Of a stretch of 64,000 bases of DNA, positions 44,742 through 57,100 are shown one piece after another; positions within the stretch are counted from its first letter, which is position 1; every line of letters starts with the position of its first letter. This DNA is from an uncultured Candidatus Binatia bacterium. GTDB taxonomy: Bacteria; Desulfobacterota; Binatia; Bin18. The DNA lies in NCBI GenBank assembly GCA_965214605.1, contig OZ243961.1, positions 1,536,001 to 1,600,000 of the forward strand, in the 5' to 3' direction. Below the pieces are notes generated by a model. It saw only the letters and a program-made list of their open reading frames with translations, had not been told where the DNA came from and made no database searches. A program made the translations under genes and the position numbers.

Positions 44742-45290
44742 CTACCGTGCTCCTCCGGCGGCGGTTTTGCCGGCTTTTCTCCGAATGCGCTCTTCTGCGT
44801 ATTTGATGCCCTTGCCTTTATACGGTTCGGGGGGGCGGAGGCGACGAATGGCGGCCGCGACCTCGCCTAGGAGCTGCTTATCAATCCCTTCGAGCGTGAT
44901 TTCGGTTTGTCGCTCAATCTTGGCCTGAACGCCCGGGGGCAGCTGAAAGATAATGGGGTGAGAATAGCCGAGGGTGAAGGTAATGCTATCGTCCGTACTC
45001 TCGGCCCGATAACCCACGCCGTTGACCTCAAGCCCCCGCGAAAACCCGCTGCTCACGCCCTGGATCATATTGGCAATCAACTTCCGTGTCAGGCCGTGCA
45101 AGGCTTTGGCTTTGCGGGATTCGCCCTGACGTGTGACCGCAACCTGTCCCGGCAGGATCTGGACAGACAGACAGGGATCGACGTTGCAGTCCAGTTTTCC
45201 TTTTGGGCCTTCGGCAGTCACAGTTCCGGCATTTTCAGACACTTTTACTGAGTCCGGAATAGACACAGGCCAACGTCCAATACCCGGCAT
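44742..45290 (-). CDS. rplF: 50S ribosomal protein L6
   Basis: [22 protein letters not shown]. Confidence 0.97.
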   Translation of the reverse strand: MPGIGRWPVSIPDSVKVSENAGTVTAEGPKGKLDCNVDPCLSVQILPGQVAVTRQGESRKAKALHGLTRKLIANMIQGVSSGFSRGLEVNGVGYRAESTDDSITFTLGYSHPIIFQLPPGVQAKIERQTEITLEGIDKQLLGEVAAAIRRLRPPEPYKGKGIKYAEERIRRKAGKTAAGGAR

Positions 45291-45311
45291 GGCGCTCCTC
45301 TCTTTTCCGCT

Positions 45312-45707
45312 TTACCACAAGCTGCATAAAATCTCCCCGCCAAGGTACTGTTTGCGCGCCTCACGATCGACAAGCACCCCGCGTGAGGTCGAGAGAATAC
45401 TCACCCCAAGGCCGTTACGCACCAGAGGGATCTCGTTCGCTCCAACATATTTGCGCAGGCTCGGTTTACTCTCGCGCTGCAGTCCGAGCAGGACCGGACG
45501 ACCGCTCGCGTCGTATTTGAGCTGGATCCGTAACATTCGGCGGGGGCCCTCCTGGATGGTGTTCATGTCGGTAATATAGCCTTCCTGCTTCATCACCGCC
45601 GCGATCGCTTCTTTAATACGTGACCAAGGAAAATCTACACGCTCTTTGCGTGCGTGCAGAGCGTTACGCACACAGGTTAACATGTCTGCAATCGGGTCTG
45701 TAATCAT
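45312..45707 (-). CDS. rpsH: 30S ribosomal protein S8
   Basis: TDPIADML, LSTSRG, GGEILC. Confidence 0.97.
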   Translation of the reverse strand: MITDPIADMLTCVRNALHARKERVDFPWSRIKEAIAAVMKQEGYITDMNTIQEGPRRMLRIQLKYDASGRPVLLGLQRESKPSLRKYVGANEIPLVRNGLGVSILSTSRGVLVDREARKQYLGGEILCSLW

Positions 45708-45715
45708 ACGTTCCT

Positions 45716-45901
45716 CTACCAACTAGCCTTGGTCAGTCCAGGGATCTGTCCCATCAGCGCCAGATCCCGCAGGCAGAGGCGACACATCCGGAAGCGCCGA
45801 TAAAAACCACGCGAGCGTCCACATAAGGGACAGCGGTTGTAGTGGCGGACCTTGAACCTTGGTTTACGTTCAGCTTTTACTCGTAGACATGTACGCGCCA
45901 T
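45716..45901 (-). CDS. rpsN: 30S ribosomal protein S14, short Zn-binding type
   Basis: 61 aa; RCPLCGR...CRLCLR...ASW. Confidence 0.95.
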   Translation of the reverse strand: MARTCLRVKAERKPRFKVRHYNRCPLCGRSRGFYRRFRMCRLCLRDLALMGQIPGLTKASW

Positions 45902-45902
45902 A

Positions 45903-46442
45903 TTAACTCCGAAACGGCATTCCCATGGCCCGCAACAGGGCACGCCCCTCTGCGTCGGTCTGGGCCGAAGTGACCATAGTGACGGTCAAGCCTTTTACCT
46001 GCTCGACTTTATCCAAATTAATCTCAGGAAAAATAGTATGCTCCCGGATCCCTAGGGAGTAGTTGCCGCGCCCATCAAAAGCGCGGTCAGAAACGCCGCG
46101 AAAGTCCCGCACCCGGGGCAGGGCGACGTTGACTAGGCGATCGAAAAATTCGTACATAATCGCGCCGCGCAGAGTCACCGCGCAGCCAATTGGCATACCT
46201 GCGCGTAATTTAAAATTAGCGATCGATTTATGGGCTTTTGTCACCACCGGCTTCTGGCCGGCAATCAGGCTCAACTCGGCCACCCCGCTTTCGATCAGCT
46301 TAGCGTTTTGGACAGCATCTCCCAAGCCCATATTGAGCGTGATCTGTTTCAACCGAGGGACTTGCATAATATTGCGATAGCCCAACTCTTGCTTGAGAGC
46401 TGGCAATACTTGGTTACGGTAGAGGTCTTTGAGGCGTGCCAT
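45903..46442 (-). CDS. rplE: 50S ribosomal protein L5
   Basis: [16 protein letters not shown]. Confidence 0.97.
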   Translation of the reverse strand: MARLKDLYRNQVLPALKQELGYRNIMQVPRLKQITLNMGLGDAVQNAKLIESGVAELSLIAGQKPVVTKAHKSIANFKLRAGMPIGCAVTLRGAIMYEFFDRLVNVALPRVRDFRGVSDRAFDGRGNYSLGIREHTIFPEINLDKVEQVKGLTVTMVTSAQTDAEGRALLRAMGMPFRS

Positions 46443-46463
46443 GTACGTCTTCCCGCGTGTGTC

Positions 46464-46832
46464 TTAGAGCACTTCGGGGGCCAGCGAAATGATCTTCATA
46501 AAACGCTTGGCACGCAGTTCCCGAGCGACTGGCCCAAAGATACGCGTCCCAATCGGCTCACGTTGGTTGTCGAGCAACACCGCCGAGTTTGTATCAAAGC
46601 GGATATACGATCCGTCTGGCCGCCCAATTTCCTTGGCTGTCCTGACGATGACGGCACGCATGATATCGCCCTTTTTGACCTTAGTGTTCGGCAGTGCCTC
46701 GCGCACCGAAACGATGATCTCATCACCAACAGAGGCGTAGCGCCGCCGTGTTCCGCCTAGGACGCGAATGCAACGGACTGCACGAGCGCCTGAGTTATCG
46801 GCAACATCGAGCACGGTTTCGACCTGTACCAT
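46464..46832 (-). CDS. rplN: 50S ribosomal protein L14
   Basis: [26 protein letters not shown]. Confidence 0.98.
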   Translation of the reverse strand: MVQVETVLDVADNSGARAVRCIRVLGGTRRRYASVGDEIIVSVREALPNTKVKKGDIMRAVIVRTAKEIGRPDGSYIRFDTNSAVLLDNQREPIGTRIFGPVARELRAKRFMKIISLAPEVL

Positions 46833-46852
46833 CCCAGACTCCTTAATACCCC

Positions 46853-47110
46853 TTACTCTACATTTGCCGGTCTGAGAATTGTCTGAACCCGCCAGTTTTT
46901 CTCTTTGCTCAGCGGCCGTGTCTCAACAATGGCCACCTGATCTCCAAGGTGGCAACGGTTCTCAGGGTCATGCACTTTATATTTTTTTCTCTGACGGACG
47001 TATTTGCGGTACATGGGGTGTTGCACCAGGCGCTCTACCCGCACAACGATGGTCTTGTCCATCTTATCGCTAACGACGGTTCCTTGGCGTGTTTTTCTAT
47101 GTCCAGTCAC
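46853..47110 (-). CDS. rpsQ: 30S ribosomal protein S17
   Basis: [16 protein letters not shown]. Confidence 0.97.
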   Translation of the reverse strand: MTGHRKTRQGTVVSDKMDKTIVVRVERLVQHPMYRKYVRQRKKYKVHDPENRCHLGDQVAIVETRPLSKEKNWRVQTILRPANVE

Positions 47111-47118
47111 GATGTTGC

Positions 47119-47343
47119 CTACTCTTCCACCTGGGTTGCCACCGCTCCGGCCTGAGCGCGGACGCGTTCGTGTTGAATGGTCTTCAGTCGGGCCAGGTCA
47201 CGGCGGACCTTGCGTGCCTGCATGGGGTTCTCAACCTGGCTGGTGCCTTTCCGCATGCGGAGCTGGAAGAGTTCTTCAGACAGCTCGCGCTCTTTTTGAC
47301 GGATCTCGTCTTCCGTTAAGTCACGTAGCTCGCTAGCTCGCAT
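47119..47343 (-). CDS. rpmC: 50S ribosomal protein L29
   Basis: MRASELR...ELFQLR...RRDLARLKT. Confidence 0.93.
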   Translation of the reverse strand: MRASELRDLTEDEIRQKERELSEELFQLRMRKGTSQVENPMQARKVRRDLARLKTIQHERVRAQAGAVATQVEE

Positions 47344-47758
47344 AGGGGGTCTCACTCCGATCTCGAATTTGGGTGCCGACTGACAGTTTGTGCGAGGCGA
47401 GGCGCAGGGCTTCGCGGGCAAGCTCTTCGGGCACCCCTTCCATCTCAAATATCATGTGGCCCGGCTTCACCACCGCAACCCAAAACTCCGGACCGCCCTT
47501 GCCTTTTCCCATACGCGTTTCTGCCGGCTTTTTGCTCACCGGTTTATGGGGAAAAACCCTGATCCAGATCTGTCCTCCGCGTCGGGCGTGGCGGGTGAGC
47601 GCAATCCGGGCCGCTTCAATTTCGCGGGCGGTAAGCCAGCCCAGCTCGGTTGATTGTAAGCCGTATTCCCCGAAAGCCAGGGAATTGCCGCGTTGGGCAG
47701 TGCCACGCATCTTTCCTCGATGGTGTTTCCGATAACGGACTTTTTTGGGAGCAAGCAT
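47333..47758 (-). CDS. rplP: 50S ribosomal protein L16
   Basis: [19 protein letters not shown]. Confidence 0.97.
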   Translation of the reverse strand: MLAPKKVRYRKHHRGKMRGTAQRGNSLAFGEYGLQSTELGWLTAREIEAARIALTRHARRGGQIWIRVFPHKPVSKKPAETRMGKGKGGPEFWVAVVKPGHMIFEMEGVPEELAREALRLASHKLSVGTQIRDRSETPYAS

Positions 47759-47791
47759 CGCGCAGATTCCTTTTTCGTCGGCCGATTCGCT

Positions 47792-48454
47792 TTAGGCACC
47801 CACAGCGTTCCGCTGCTGTTCCTCTTCACGGGTGAGGACCTCTCCACGAAAAATCCACACCTTGATCCCAATGATCCCGTAGGTCGTCTTGGCTTCTGCC
47901 ATACCATAGCTGATATCGGCCCGTAGGGTATGGAGAGGAACGCGGCCCTCCCGATACCATTCGGTCCGAGCAATTTCCGCCCCGGCCAGTCGTCCCGAAC
48001 ATCGGACCTTAACCCCCTGTGCGCCCATCCGGATCGCTCGCGCAACGCTCTCTTTCATTGCCCGACGGAACGCGACTCGGCGCTCCAGCTGGAGCGCCAC
48101 GTTTTCAGCAACAAGCTGACCGTCGAGGTCAGGCCGACGCACTTCGTGGATATTGAGATAGACCTCGCGCTTGGTTAAACCCGACAACTCTGATTTGAGC
48201 TTATCAATCTCAGCTCCTTTTTTACCAATCACGATACCCGGCCGTGAGGTATAAATATTAATCTTGGCTTTATTGGCCGCCCGTTCGATCTCAATCTTGG
48301 ACAGTCCTGCGTGGTAGAGACGCTTCTTAATGAAGGACCGAAGGCGAAGGTCTTCGTGCAACAGGTCGGTGTATTCTTTCTCGGCAAACCAGCGGGATTC
48401 CCAACTTTCCAGCACGCCAAGACGAAATCCTTTCGGGTGAACTTTCTGTCCCAT
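47792..48454 (-). CDS. rpsC: 30S ribosomal protein S3
   Basis: [24 protein letters not shown]. Confidence 0.98.
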   Translation of the reverse strand: MGQKVHPKGFRLGVLESWESRWFAEKEYTDLLHEDLRLRSFIKKRLYHAGLSKIEIERAANKAKINIYTSRPGIVIGKKGAEIDKLKSELSGLTKREVYLNIHEVRRPDLDGQLVAENVALQLERRVAFRRAMKESVARAIRMGAQGVKVRCSGRLAGAEIARTEWYREGRVPLHTLRADISYGMAEAKTTYGIIGIKVWIFRGEVLTREEEQQRNAVGA

Positions 48455-48463
48455 GCGCTTCTC

Positions 48464-48799
48464 TTACTTTCCTTCGTCAACAACGACCGTGAAGTGGCTA
48501 GTGCGTTTCCGAATCGGTGTGGCCCGCCCGTGGGCCCGTGGCCTAAAACGTTTTAGCATAGCGCCTCCGTCTATATAGACCCGTTTGACATACAAGTCGT
48601 CAGGATCAACGTTCTGGGTATCAGTGGCGTTGGCGATAGCAGAACGAAGGGTCTTGGCTAGAATACTGGCCGCCTTCTTGGGGGTGAAACGCAAAACGAT
48701 CAGTGCTTCTTCGACTTGTTTGCCGCGGATTAGGTCGGCGACGAGACGGGCCTTACGTGAGGATATCCGCACCTGGCGCGTAACGGCTTTTGTTTCCAT
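48464..48799 (-). CDS. rplV: 50S ribosomal protein L22
   Basis: [23 protein letters not shown]. Confidence 0.97.
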   Translation of the reverse strand: METKAVTRQVRISSRKARLVADLIRGKQVEEALIVLRFTPKKAASILAKTLRSAIANATDTQNVDPDDLYVKRVYIDGGAMLKRFRPRAHGRATPIRKRTSHFTVVVDEGK

Positions 48800-48818
48800 A
48801 GCGGATGTTCTCCTTGGC

Positions 48819-49100
48819 TTATCGTCTTCTCTCGCCTCTCCGATCACCGGCATGCCCATAAAATGTGCGGGTTGGAGAAAATTCGCCAAGTTTATGACCA
48901 ACCATATTTTCAGTAACGTAGACTGGGATAAACCTGCGACCGTTATGGACGGCAAAGGTACAGCCGATCATCTCTGGAATGATGGTTGAACGTCGAGACC
49001 AGGTCCGAATAACCTTCCGGTCTCCACTGTCCAATACAGCCTGCACCTTTTTCATCAGGTAGTCGTCAACAAAAGGACCTTTTTTAACCGAGCGTGGCAT
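48819..49100 (-). CDS. rpsS: 30S ribosomal protein S19
   Basis: [19 protein letters not shown]. Confidence 0.97.
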   Translation of the reverse strand: MPRSVKKGPFVDDYLMKKVQAVLDSGDRKVIRTWSRRSTIIPEMIGCTFAVHNGRRFIPVYVTENMVGHKLGEFSPTRTFYGHAGDRRGERRR

Positions 49101-49101
49101 A

Positions 49102-49923
49102 CTATTTCTTTCTCTTCTGCGCGATGTATTTATCAGTCCGCGGATTATGACGGGTTTTATGGCCTTTGGCCAACACACCCCACGGGCTCTGGGGATGGTT
49201 GCCTTTGCTCTGCCCTTCACCGCCACCATGAGGATGGTCGATAGGATTCATGGCAATACCGCGCACGTGCGGTCGAATACCAAACCAACGAGAACGACCG
49301 GCTTTTCCATAGCGTATATTTTCGTGGTCAGTATTACCGATCTGACCTATGGTTGCCCGACACTGCTGATGGATCAGCCGCATCTCTCCAGACGGCATTT
49401 TGAGTGTCGCATAGTCGCCTTCTTTGGCCATCAGCTGGGCCGAGGTGCCTGCTCCGCGTACCAGCTGCCCGCCAGCTCCAATCTTCAGCTCAATATTATG
49501 GACGAGGGTTCCGAGCGGAATATTTCGCAGCGTCAGGGTATTGCCGGGCTGAATGTCGCTCCCCTCTCCGGACATTACTTGGCTGCCAACAGTGAGCCCG
49601 CCCGGAGCTAGAATGTAGCGTTTCTCGCCGTCCCGATAGTGGAGCAGAGCAATATGGGCGGAGCGGTTGGGATCATATTCGATAGAGGCGACCGTGGCCG
49701 GAACACCATCTTTTGCACGGTGGAAATCGATAATCCGATAGCGCCGCTTGTGGCCGCCGCCCCGATGCAGATTGGTAATACGGCCACGGTTGTTGCGGCC
49801 GCCACGCTTATGGAGCGGAGCGAGCAGAGAGCGTTCGGGCGAATTTTTGCTCAACTCTTGGGAACTCGATACGCTCTGCGAGCGACGGCCGGGTGAAGTC
49901 GGTTTGTAAACACGGATCGCCAT
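49102..49923 (-). CDS. rplB: 50S ribosomal protein L2
   Basis: [21 protein letters not shown]. Confidence 0.98.
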   Translation of the reverse strand: MAIRVYKPTSPGRRSQSVSSSQELSKNSPERSLLAPLHKRGGRNNRGRITNLHRGGGHKRRYRIIDFHRAKDGVPATVASIEYDPNRSAHIALLHYRDGEKRYILAPGGLTVGSQVMSGEGSDIQPGNTLTLRNIPLGTLVHNIELKIGAGGQLVRGAGTSAQLMAKEGDYATLKMPSGEMRLIHQQCRATIGQIGNTDHENIRYGKAGRSRWFGIRPHVRGIAMNPIDHPHGGGEGQSKGNHPQSPWGVLAKGHKTRHNPRTDKYIAQKRKK

Positions 49924-49926
49924 CGG

Positions 49927-50220
49927 CTAGGCTCCTTCGAAGAAATCAATAGTATCCCCGGCGACCAGAGTGACATAGGCCTTTTTCCAAGCCGGTTTGC
50001 GTCCAATCGAACGGCCGATACGTCGTTTTTTGCCCATATACTGGCTGGTGCGTACCTGGACGACTTTGACCTGAAAGAGCTGTTCAACAGCGTTCTTAAT
50101 CGAGATTTTGTTAGCGCGAGGGTCCACCTTAAAGACCACCTGGTTGCCGAGTGCATTCACCAGGGTTGCCTTCTCGGTGATCAACGGGGAGGCAAGAACG
50201 GTATGAAGATTCTGATTCAT
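49927..50220 (-). CDS. rplW: 50S ribosomal protein L23
   Basis: PLITEK, WKKAYVTL. Confidence 0.96.
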   Translation of the reverse strand: MNQNLHTVLASPLITEKATLVNALGNQVVFKVDPRANKISIKNAVEQLFQVKVVQVRTSQYMGKKRRIGRSIGRKPAWKKAYVTLVAGDTIDFFEGA

Positions 50221-50861
50221 GATGTTGTAAGCCTTTGGCTAACCTGCTCAAGTGCCGCTTGGGTGAACAGACAGTGCTGATAGCGCAAGAGGTCGTACAC
50301 ATTGAGACCAACACAGCGCAAGACTTTGACGTGCGGCAGGTTCCGGGCCGCCTGTTCAACCGTCTGATCCGCATCAGCAATCACAACCAGGACACCGTCT
50401 TTGAGTTCCAGACCAGACAAAAATTCGACCATACGTTTGGTTTTTGGTTCGGGTAGGGCGATCCGATTGACAACAGTAAGGTTGCCGTCGCGCTGTTTGT
50501 GGGCCAGGGCGGCACAAAGGGCCGTGCGACGCGCACTGCGGGGAAGGCGGTAGGCATACGAGCGGGGCTGCGGGCCAAAGACGGTTGCCCCTCCGACCCA
50601 CAACGGGGAACGGCGGCTGCCAGCTCTCGCCCGACCAGTCCCTTTCTGGCGCCACGGTTTTTTCCCTCCACCCCGGACCTGTCCACGCGTCTTTGTCGAT
50701 GCTGTTCCAGCCCGTCGATTGGCGCGCTGCATTTTGACCACTTCGTAGAGGAGGTGCTCACGCGGCGGTTGTGACGCAACAATGGAAGGGAGTTCGATTT
50801 CACCGATCGTCTCGCGTTCAGGAGAGAGCACAGGAATCCGTACTGCTTGCGCGTCCACCAC
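50217..50861 (-). CDS. rplD: 50S ribosomal protein L4
   Basis: [15 protein letters not shown]. Confidence 0.97.
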   Translation of the reverse strand: MVDAQAVRIPVLSPERETIGEIELPSIVASQPPREHLLYEVVKMQRANRRAGTASTKTRGQVRGGGKKPWRQKGTGRARAGSRRSPLWVGGATVFGPQPRSYAYRLPRSARRTALCAALAHKQRDGNLTVVNRIALPEPKTKRMVEFLSGLELKDGVLVVIADADQTVEQAARNLPHVKVLRCVGLNVYDLLRYQHCLFTQAALEQVSQRLTTS

Positions 50862-50863
50862 TC

Positions 50864-51496
50864 TTATCCCTTCTTGGTTTTACTCAGCGTGATTATACCA
50901 CCGCGCGCGCCTGGGACGGCACCATGGACGAGGACCAGATGCTCTTGGGGGCGAAGGTCAATAATGCGGAGATTCTGGATCGTCGTGCGGCTGTCACCAT
51001 AATGGCCAGCCATAGCCTTGCCCTTAAAAATTTTTCCCGGATATGCACAGTTACCAATCGCTCCACCATGCCGAAAATATTCATGGGTCCCATGGCTGGA
51101 AGGGGCACCGCTCATACCGTGACGTTTCATAACGCCAGTGTAACCCCGTCCCTTTGTCCTGCCAGCAACAACAACCCGTTCTCCAAGGTGAAAAATCTCC
51201 TCGGCGGTTATCTGATGTCCGACTTCGTACTGATCAACGTCAGCAGTCCGAAACTCACGCAGCACTTCAAACGGGCCGGTCCCAGAGGCCTGGCAGTGGC
51301 CCAGAACGGGCTTACTCACCCGCTGAGGTTTGCGGCTGCCAAAGCCGAGTTGAAGCGCGGTGTAACCATCTTTTTGGCCGGTTTTCTTTTGGACGACCGT
51401 ACAGGGTCCCGCCTGGATGACAGTCACTGGGACTAGCGTCCCCTGCTCTGTAAAAATCTGACTCATTCCCAGTTTTCGACCGATTAGGCCATTCAT
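50864..51496 (-). CDS. rplC: 50S ribosomal protein L3
   Basis: GRKLGM, PVTVI, MAGHYG, GAVPG. Confidence 0.97.
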   Translation of the reverse strand: MNGLIGRKLGMSQIFTEQGTLVPVTVIQAGPCTVVQKKTGQKDGYTALQLGFGSRKPQRVSKPVLGHCQASGTGPFEVLREFRTADVDQYEVGHQITAEEIFHLGERVVVAGRTKGRGYTGVMKRHGMSGAPSSHGTHEYFRHGGAIGNCAYPGKIFKGKAMAGHYGDSRTTIQNLRIIDLRPQEHLVLVHGAVPGARGGIITLSKTKKG

Positions 51497-51505
51497 AGCA
51501 GTTCC

Positions 51506-51823
51506 TTACTCAAGCTTGATTTCCACATCAACACCGGCGGCTAATTCGAGTTTTCCCAACGCATCAATCGTTTGCTGCGTCGGATCAAGGATATCGAGAA
51601 GGCGTTTATGGGTCCGGATTTCAAATTGTTCACGGGACTTTTTATCCACGTGCGGAGAGCGGTTCACTGTAAAGCGCTCTATGCGTGTCGGTAGAGGAAT
51701 AGGACCGGCCACCCTCCCCCCGGTCCGCTTCACCGTCTCGACAATCTCTTTGACAGACTGGTCTAAGACGCGGTGATCGTACGCTTTTAAGCGGATCCGG
51801 ATCTTTTCGTTCATAATATTCAT
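51506..51823 (-). CDS. rpsJ: 30S ribosomal protein S10
   Basis: [29 protein letters not shown]. Confidence 0.98.
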   Translation of the reverse strand: MNIMNEKIRIRLKAYDHRVLDQSVKEIVETVKRTGGRVAGPIPLPTRIERFTVNRSPHVDKKSREQFEIRTHKRLLDILDPTQQTIDALGKLELAAGVDVEIKLE

Positions 51824-51884
51824 ACAAATGGACCCATTGTTTCAGCAAGAAACGTTTGAGACGGACGCAGGCCCGAAACGGCCT

Positions 51885-53063
<1,179 letters not shown>

Positions 53064-53178
53064 AGACTCTCGCTCCTTGCTGCTCGTCGTTTGTCGTAAT
53101 CTGGGAGGGGTCTCTGTGACAGAGGGAGGTGGGACTCTCTTCGCTCTCTCTTCCCAGCACTCCACTCAAGAGGGGGAA

Positions 53179-53206
53179 ATTGTACGGACTATTGCACAAG
53201 AGTCAA
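53179..53206 (-). promoter_or_regulatory. Sigma70-type promoter for tuf-S10
   Basis: Minus strand TTGACT-16 nt-TACAAT. Confidence 0.7.
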
Positions 53207-53255
53207 CCAGCCTAGGCCCCAGGCCGACAGAAAATAGCCCGCTCCTTTCCCACTT

Positions 53256-53726
53256 TTACCACCGATAGTGGACAAATGCCCTATTTGCCTCTGCCATCCG
53301 ATGCGTATCTTCTCGCTTTTTCACCGCCCCACCTCTGTTCTGTGAGGCCTCATAGAGTTCTGCTGCAAGCTTCTCTTTCATGCCTTTCTCTGGTCTGCCG
53401 CGTGCGGATTGGACCAGCCAGCGCATGGCCAGAGAGTTGCGTCGGACCTGGCGGACCTCGATAGGCACCTGGTAGGTCGCACCGCCTACCCGGCGTGAGC
53501 GAACCTCGACAAGAGGCTTCACGTTTTCTAAAGCCCGTTTGAAAATCTCTAGCGCGTCTTCGCCACTCCGCGTTCCGCTCAATTCCATCGCGTTGTACAG
53601 AATCTTTTCAGCCACCCCTTTTGCACCATTTTGCATCATCATATTCACGAATTTTGACACCGTCGTATCGTGATATTTAGGGTCGGGCAGCACTTCTCGC
53701 CTTGGGGCTGGTCCTTTGCGTGGCAT
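53256..53726 (-). CDS. rpsG: 30S ribosomal protein S7
   Basis: [21 protein letters not shown]. Confidence 0.98.
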   Translation of the reverse strand: MPRKGPAPRREVLPDPKYHDTTVSKFVNMMMQNGAKGVAEKILYNAMELSGTRSGEDALEIFKRALENVKPLVEVRSRRVGGATYQVPIEVRQVRRNSLAMRWLVQSARGRPEKGMKEKLAAELYEASQNRGGAVKKREDTHRMAEANRAFVHYRW

Positions 53727-53752
53727 TGGTCCCTCTTCTTCCGGCCTGTCGC

Positions 53753-54124
53753 TTATTTTGGTCGCTTTGCTCCATATTTCGAACGGCTCTGCTTTCGTTC
53801 CTGGACTCCAATCGAATCGAGAGTACCGCGTACGATATGGTAACGCACTCCAGGTAAGTCTTTCACCCGTCCACCCCGAATGAGGACGACGGAGTGTTCT
53901 TGGAGGTTATGTCCAATCCCTGGGATATAAGCCGTAACTTCAACCCCATTCGTGAGCCGCACGCGAGCGACTTTTCTAAGGGCCGAGTTGGGCTTCTTTG
54001 GCGTGGTGGTATACACACGCGTACACACCCCACGGCGTTGCGGACAGGCTTGTAGGGCCGGCGCAGTCAACTTCTTGCGCTGCTGCTCACGGCCTTTTCG
54101 GACGAGTTGCTGAATTGTCGGCAT
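53753..54124 (-). CDS. rpsL: 30S ribosomal protein S12
   Basis: [17 protein letters not shown]. Confidence 0.99.
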   Translation of the reverse strand: MPTIQQLVRKGREQQRKKLTAPALQACPQRRGVCTRVYTTTPKKPNSALRKVARVRLTNGVEVTAYIPGIGHNLQEHSVVLIRGGRVKDLPGVRYHIVRGTLDSIGVQERKQSRSKYGAKRPK

Positions 54125-54159
54125 GCCTTCTCCATGCTGGTGTCTTGGCCTGCGCCCAC

Positions 54160-57100
54160 TTACGATGCCTCGACCATAGGCGGCAGTTGGACCTGTTGTT
54201 CGTCGACCGGTGCTTCAACGCTTTCGGCCTCGATTGCGGTATAGCTGGGGTTACCTGTCCCGGCTGGGATCAGCCGGCCCATAATGACGTTTTCTTTGAG
54301 CCCCAACAACGTATCGACTTTCCCATTGATAGCAGCTTCGGTCAGCACCTTGGTCGTCTCTTGGAACGACGCCGCAGAAATAAAGCTGTCAGTCGACAAA
54401 CTAGCTTTGGTAATCCCCATGAGGAGTGATTTTGCCTCGGGCGGCTGACCTTGCTCGGCCAGGACCTTTTCGGTCTCCTCCTGGAATCGCCATTTTTCGA
54501 CCTGCTCGCCAGCCAGAAAATCAGAATCACCGACCTGGGTGACGGTCACCCTGCGCATCATCTGGCGAACGATGACCTCAATATGCTTGTCATGGATCCG
54601 CACTCCCTGCAGACGATAAATCTCCTGCACAGCGTCGACCAGCGATTTAGCGAGTTCTTTTTCTCCGAGCACGCCAAGGATATCGTGCGGATTGGAGGAG
54701 CCGTCCATTAACGGTTCGCCGGCTCGGACATAATCGCCCTCGCGGACACTAATATGTTTTCCGCGAGGGATGAGATACTCGCGCGGATCTCCCACGTCCG
54801 GCGTGATGACAACCTTTCGCTTTCCTTTGGTATCCTTCCCAAAAGCCACCATGCCCTCGATTTCGCTAATGACAGCGAATTCCTTGGGTTTTCGGGCTTC
54901 AAACAGCTCTGCCACCCGAGGCAGACCGCCCGTAATATCTTTCGTCTTCGTTGTTTCGCGTGGAATCTTGGCCACCACGTCGCCCGCTTCAACCTGCTGC
55001 CCCTCGGTTACATTAATGTGAGCGCCAACCGGCAGTGTATAGCGTGCATCAAGACCGCTCGGCAGCTTGGCCGTTTTGTTCACCGTCTTGAAGGCACTCT
55101 CATTGAGGCCACGAGTGGTCTCAATGATCTTCTCAACAAATATTTCGAGGATGTGGTCGAAAGACCCTCTTAGACTGTCCAGCACGGCTTTCGCATCTTC
55201 CACGCCCAGTGATTCACGCCTCAACCGCATGTCAGAACGCCTCAACCACACGAAGGTTATCAGCCCGGCTGCAGCGTCTATGGACGTACTGCGAATACTC
55301 CATTCAGCTACACCGGGCGTACCGACGCGAATACTCCATTTGGAGGCGCCACCTCCCCCTAGTGCTAATAACGCTTGTGTTGGTAACGCCTCAAGGTCCT
55401 CCCACATTTCGGTTTCGAGTCGTAGGGACGGATCCTGAAGAGGCTGCCGCATTGTAATTTCGTCACCAGCATCCTCCGCGGCTTTCTTAAGAACTTGGTT
55501 TACTTTTTTCTCCGTCAAGCAGTTATCGAGTTCCTGCTTGAACAGAGGAGCAAGCTCATCCAATTTGTCTTTCAACTTCTCTTCCAATGAGTCGAAGTAG
55601 CCAACGAGCTCTTCATCAGGAAGACGATCTAACGGCTCAATTAGCTTAAACCATGCTTTTTGTTTGGCAGTTTTAACAACTCCTCCCTTGAGAGCTCCAA
55701 TAGACCTGCGCAAAGACTCACGCCACTTACTGAATCTCTCCCGAATGTTTTTTATAACTTCTTCAGCAGCCTGTTTGACATCCTGCTTGATGGAAATACG
55801 GGGACGGACGTTCGGGTCTCGGAAATCGATTATGACTCGAGTCGATAAACCCGTCCGTTCATCAACCTTCTCCTGCATGGTCTTGTCGTCGATATCGCCA
55901 AATTTGATCGTGCCGCTGACCTCGGTCAGGATAGGCACCGTGTAGGGATCCCACTCCGCAATCAGTTCGTTCGGTTTGACTGTGGACCCATCCGTCTTCT
56001 TGAGCTTCGCCCCGTATACGACCGGATAGCGCTCGCGCTCGCGCTCGCGCCCCGGTTCTGGGCTATCCACAATAGCGACCTCGCCATTCCGATTCATGAC
56101 GACCAAATCGCCCTCACGGTTGATGACCGTTTTGAGGCTGATATAGCGCAGCAGACCCTCATTACGTGGAGCTAAGGTCGTTTGTTCTGCCCGACGACTC
56201 GCCGTTCCACCGATGTGGAAGGTCCGCATTGTGAGCTGCGTACCAGGCTCGCCAATCGACTGTGCCGCAATGATACCAACCGCTTCACCGATATTAACCA
56301 TACGCCCACGGGCCAAGTCCCGCCCGTAGCAGCTAATACACACCCCGCGTCGGCTCTGACATGTCAGAGCCGAGCGAATCCAGATCTTTTCAATACCAGC
56401 CTCTTCAATCAGCTTTACCCGGCTCTCGTCAATCTCTTCATTGGCCGGGACGAGAATCTCATTGGAGAACGGATCGTGGATATCATCAAGGGCAACCCGA
56501 CCGAGGACACGCTCTCCCAAACCCTCGATGATTTCCCCGCCTTCGACCAATGGACCCATCTCAATGCCGTCGATCGTACCACAGTCGTATTCGCTGATGA
56601 TGCAGTCTTGGGCCACATCAACCAAACGGCGGGTTAGATAGCCTGAGTTGGCCGTTTTCAGGGCTGTGTCTGCAAGGCCCTTGCGGGCGCCGTGGGTTGA
56701 GATGAAGTACTGTAGGACCGACAGGCCCTCTCGGAAGTTTGCGGTAATCGGTGTTTCGATGATCTCGCCGGACGGCTTTGCCATCAATCCGCGCATTCCG
56801 GCTAACTGACGAATTTGCTGGGCGCTGCCCCGCGAGCCGGAGTCGGCCATCATAAAAATAGGGCTGAATCCCTGACGGCTCTCGCGTAGACCGCTGAACA
56901 TCTCGTTGGCCACTTCGTCAGTGACTGCGGCCCAGGTATCCACGACTTTATTATGGCGTTCACCATCCGTAATCAGTCCCTTGGTATATTGATCTTGGAT
57001 TTCTCGCAGGACGGCCTGCGCACCACTCAGCAGCTTCTCCTTTTCGACAGGGATTATCATGTCTTGAATACCGATTGAGATCCCGGCTCGCGTTGCGTGC

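Noticed and set aside
55078-55785. rpoC insert as an intein or intron
   Set aside because: No N-terminal Cys/Ser, no His-Asn followed by Cys/Ser/Thr, no LAGLIDADG or HNH motif, and the frame is open throughout
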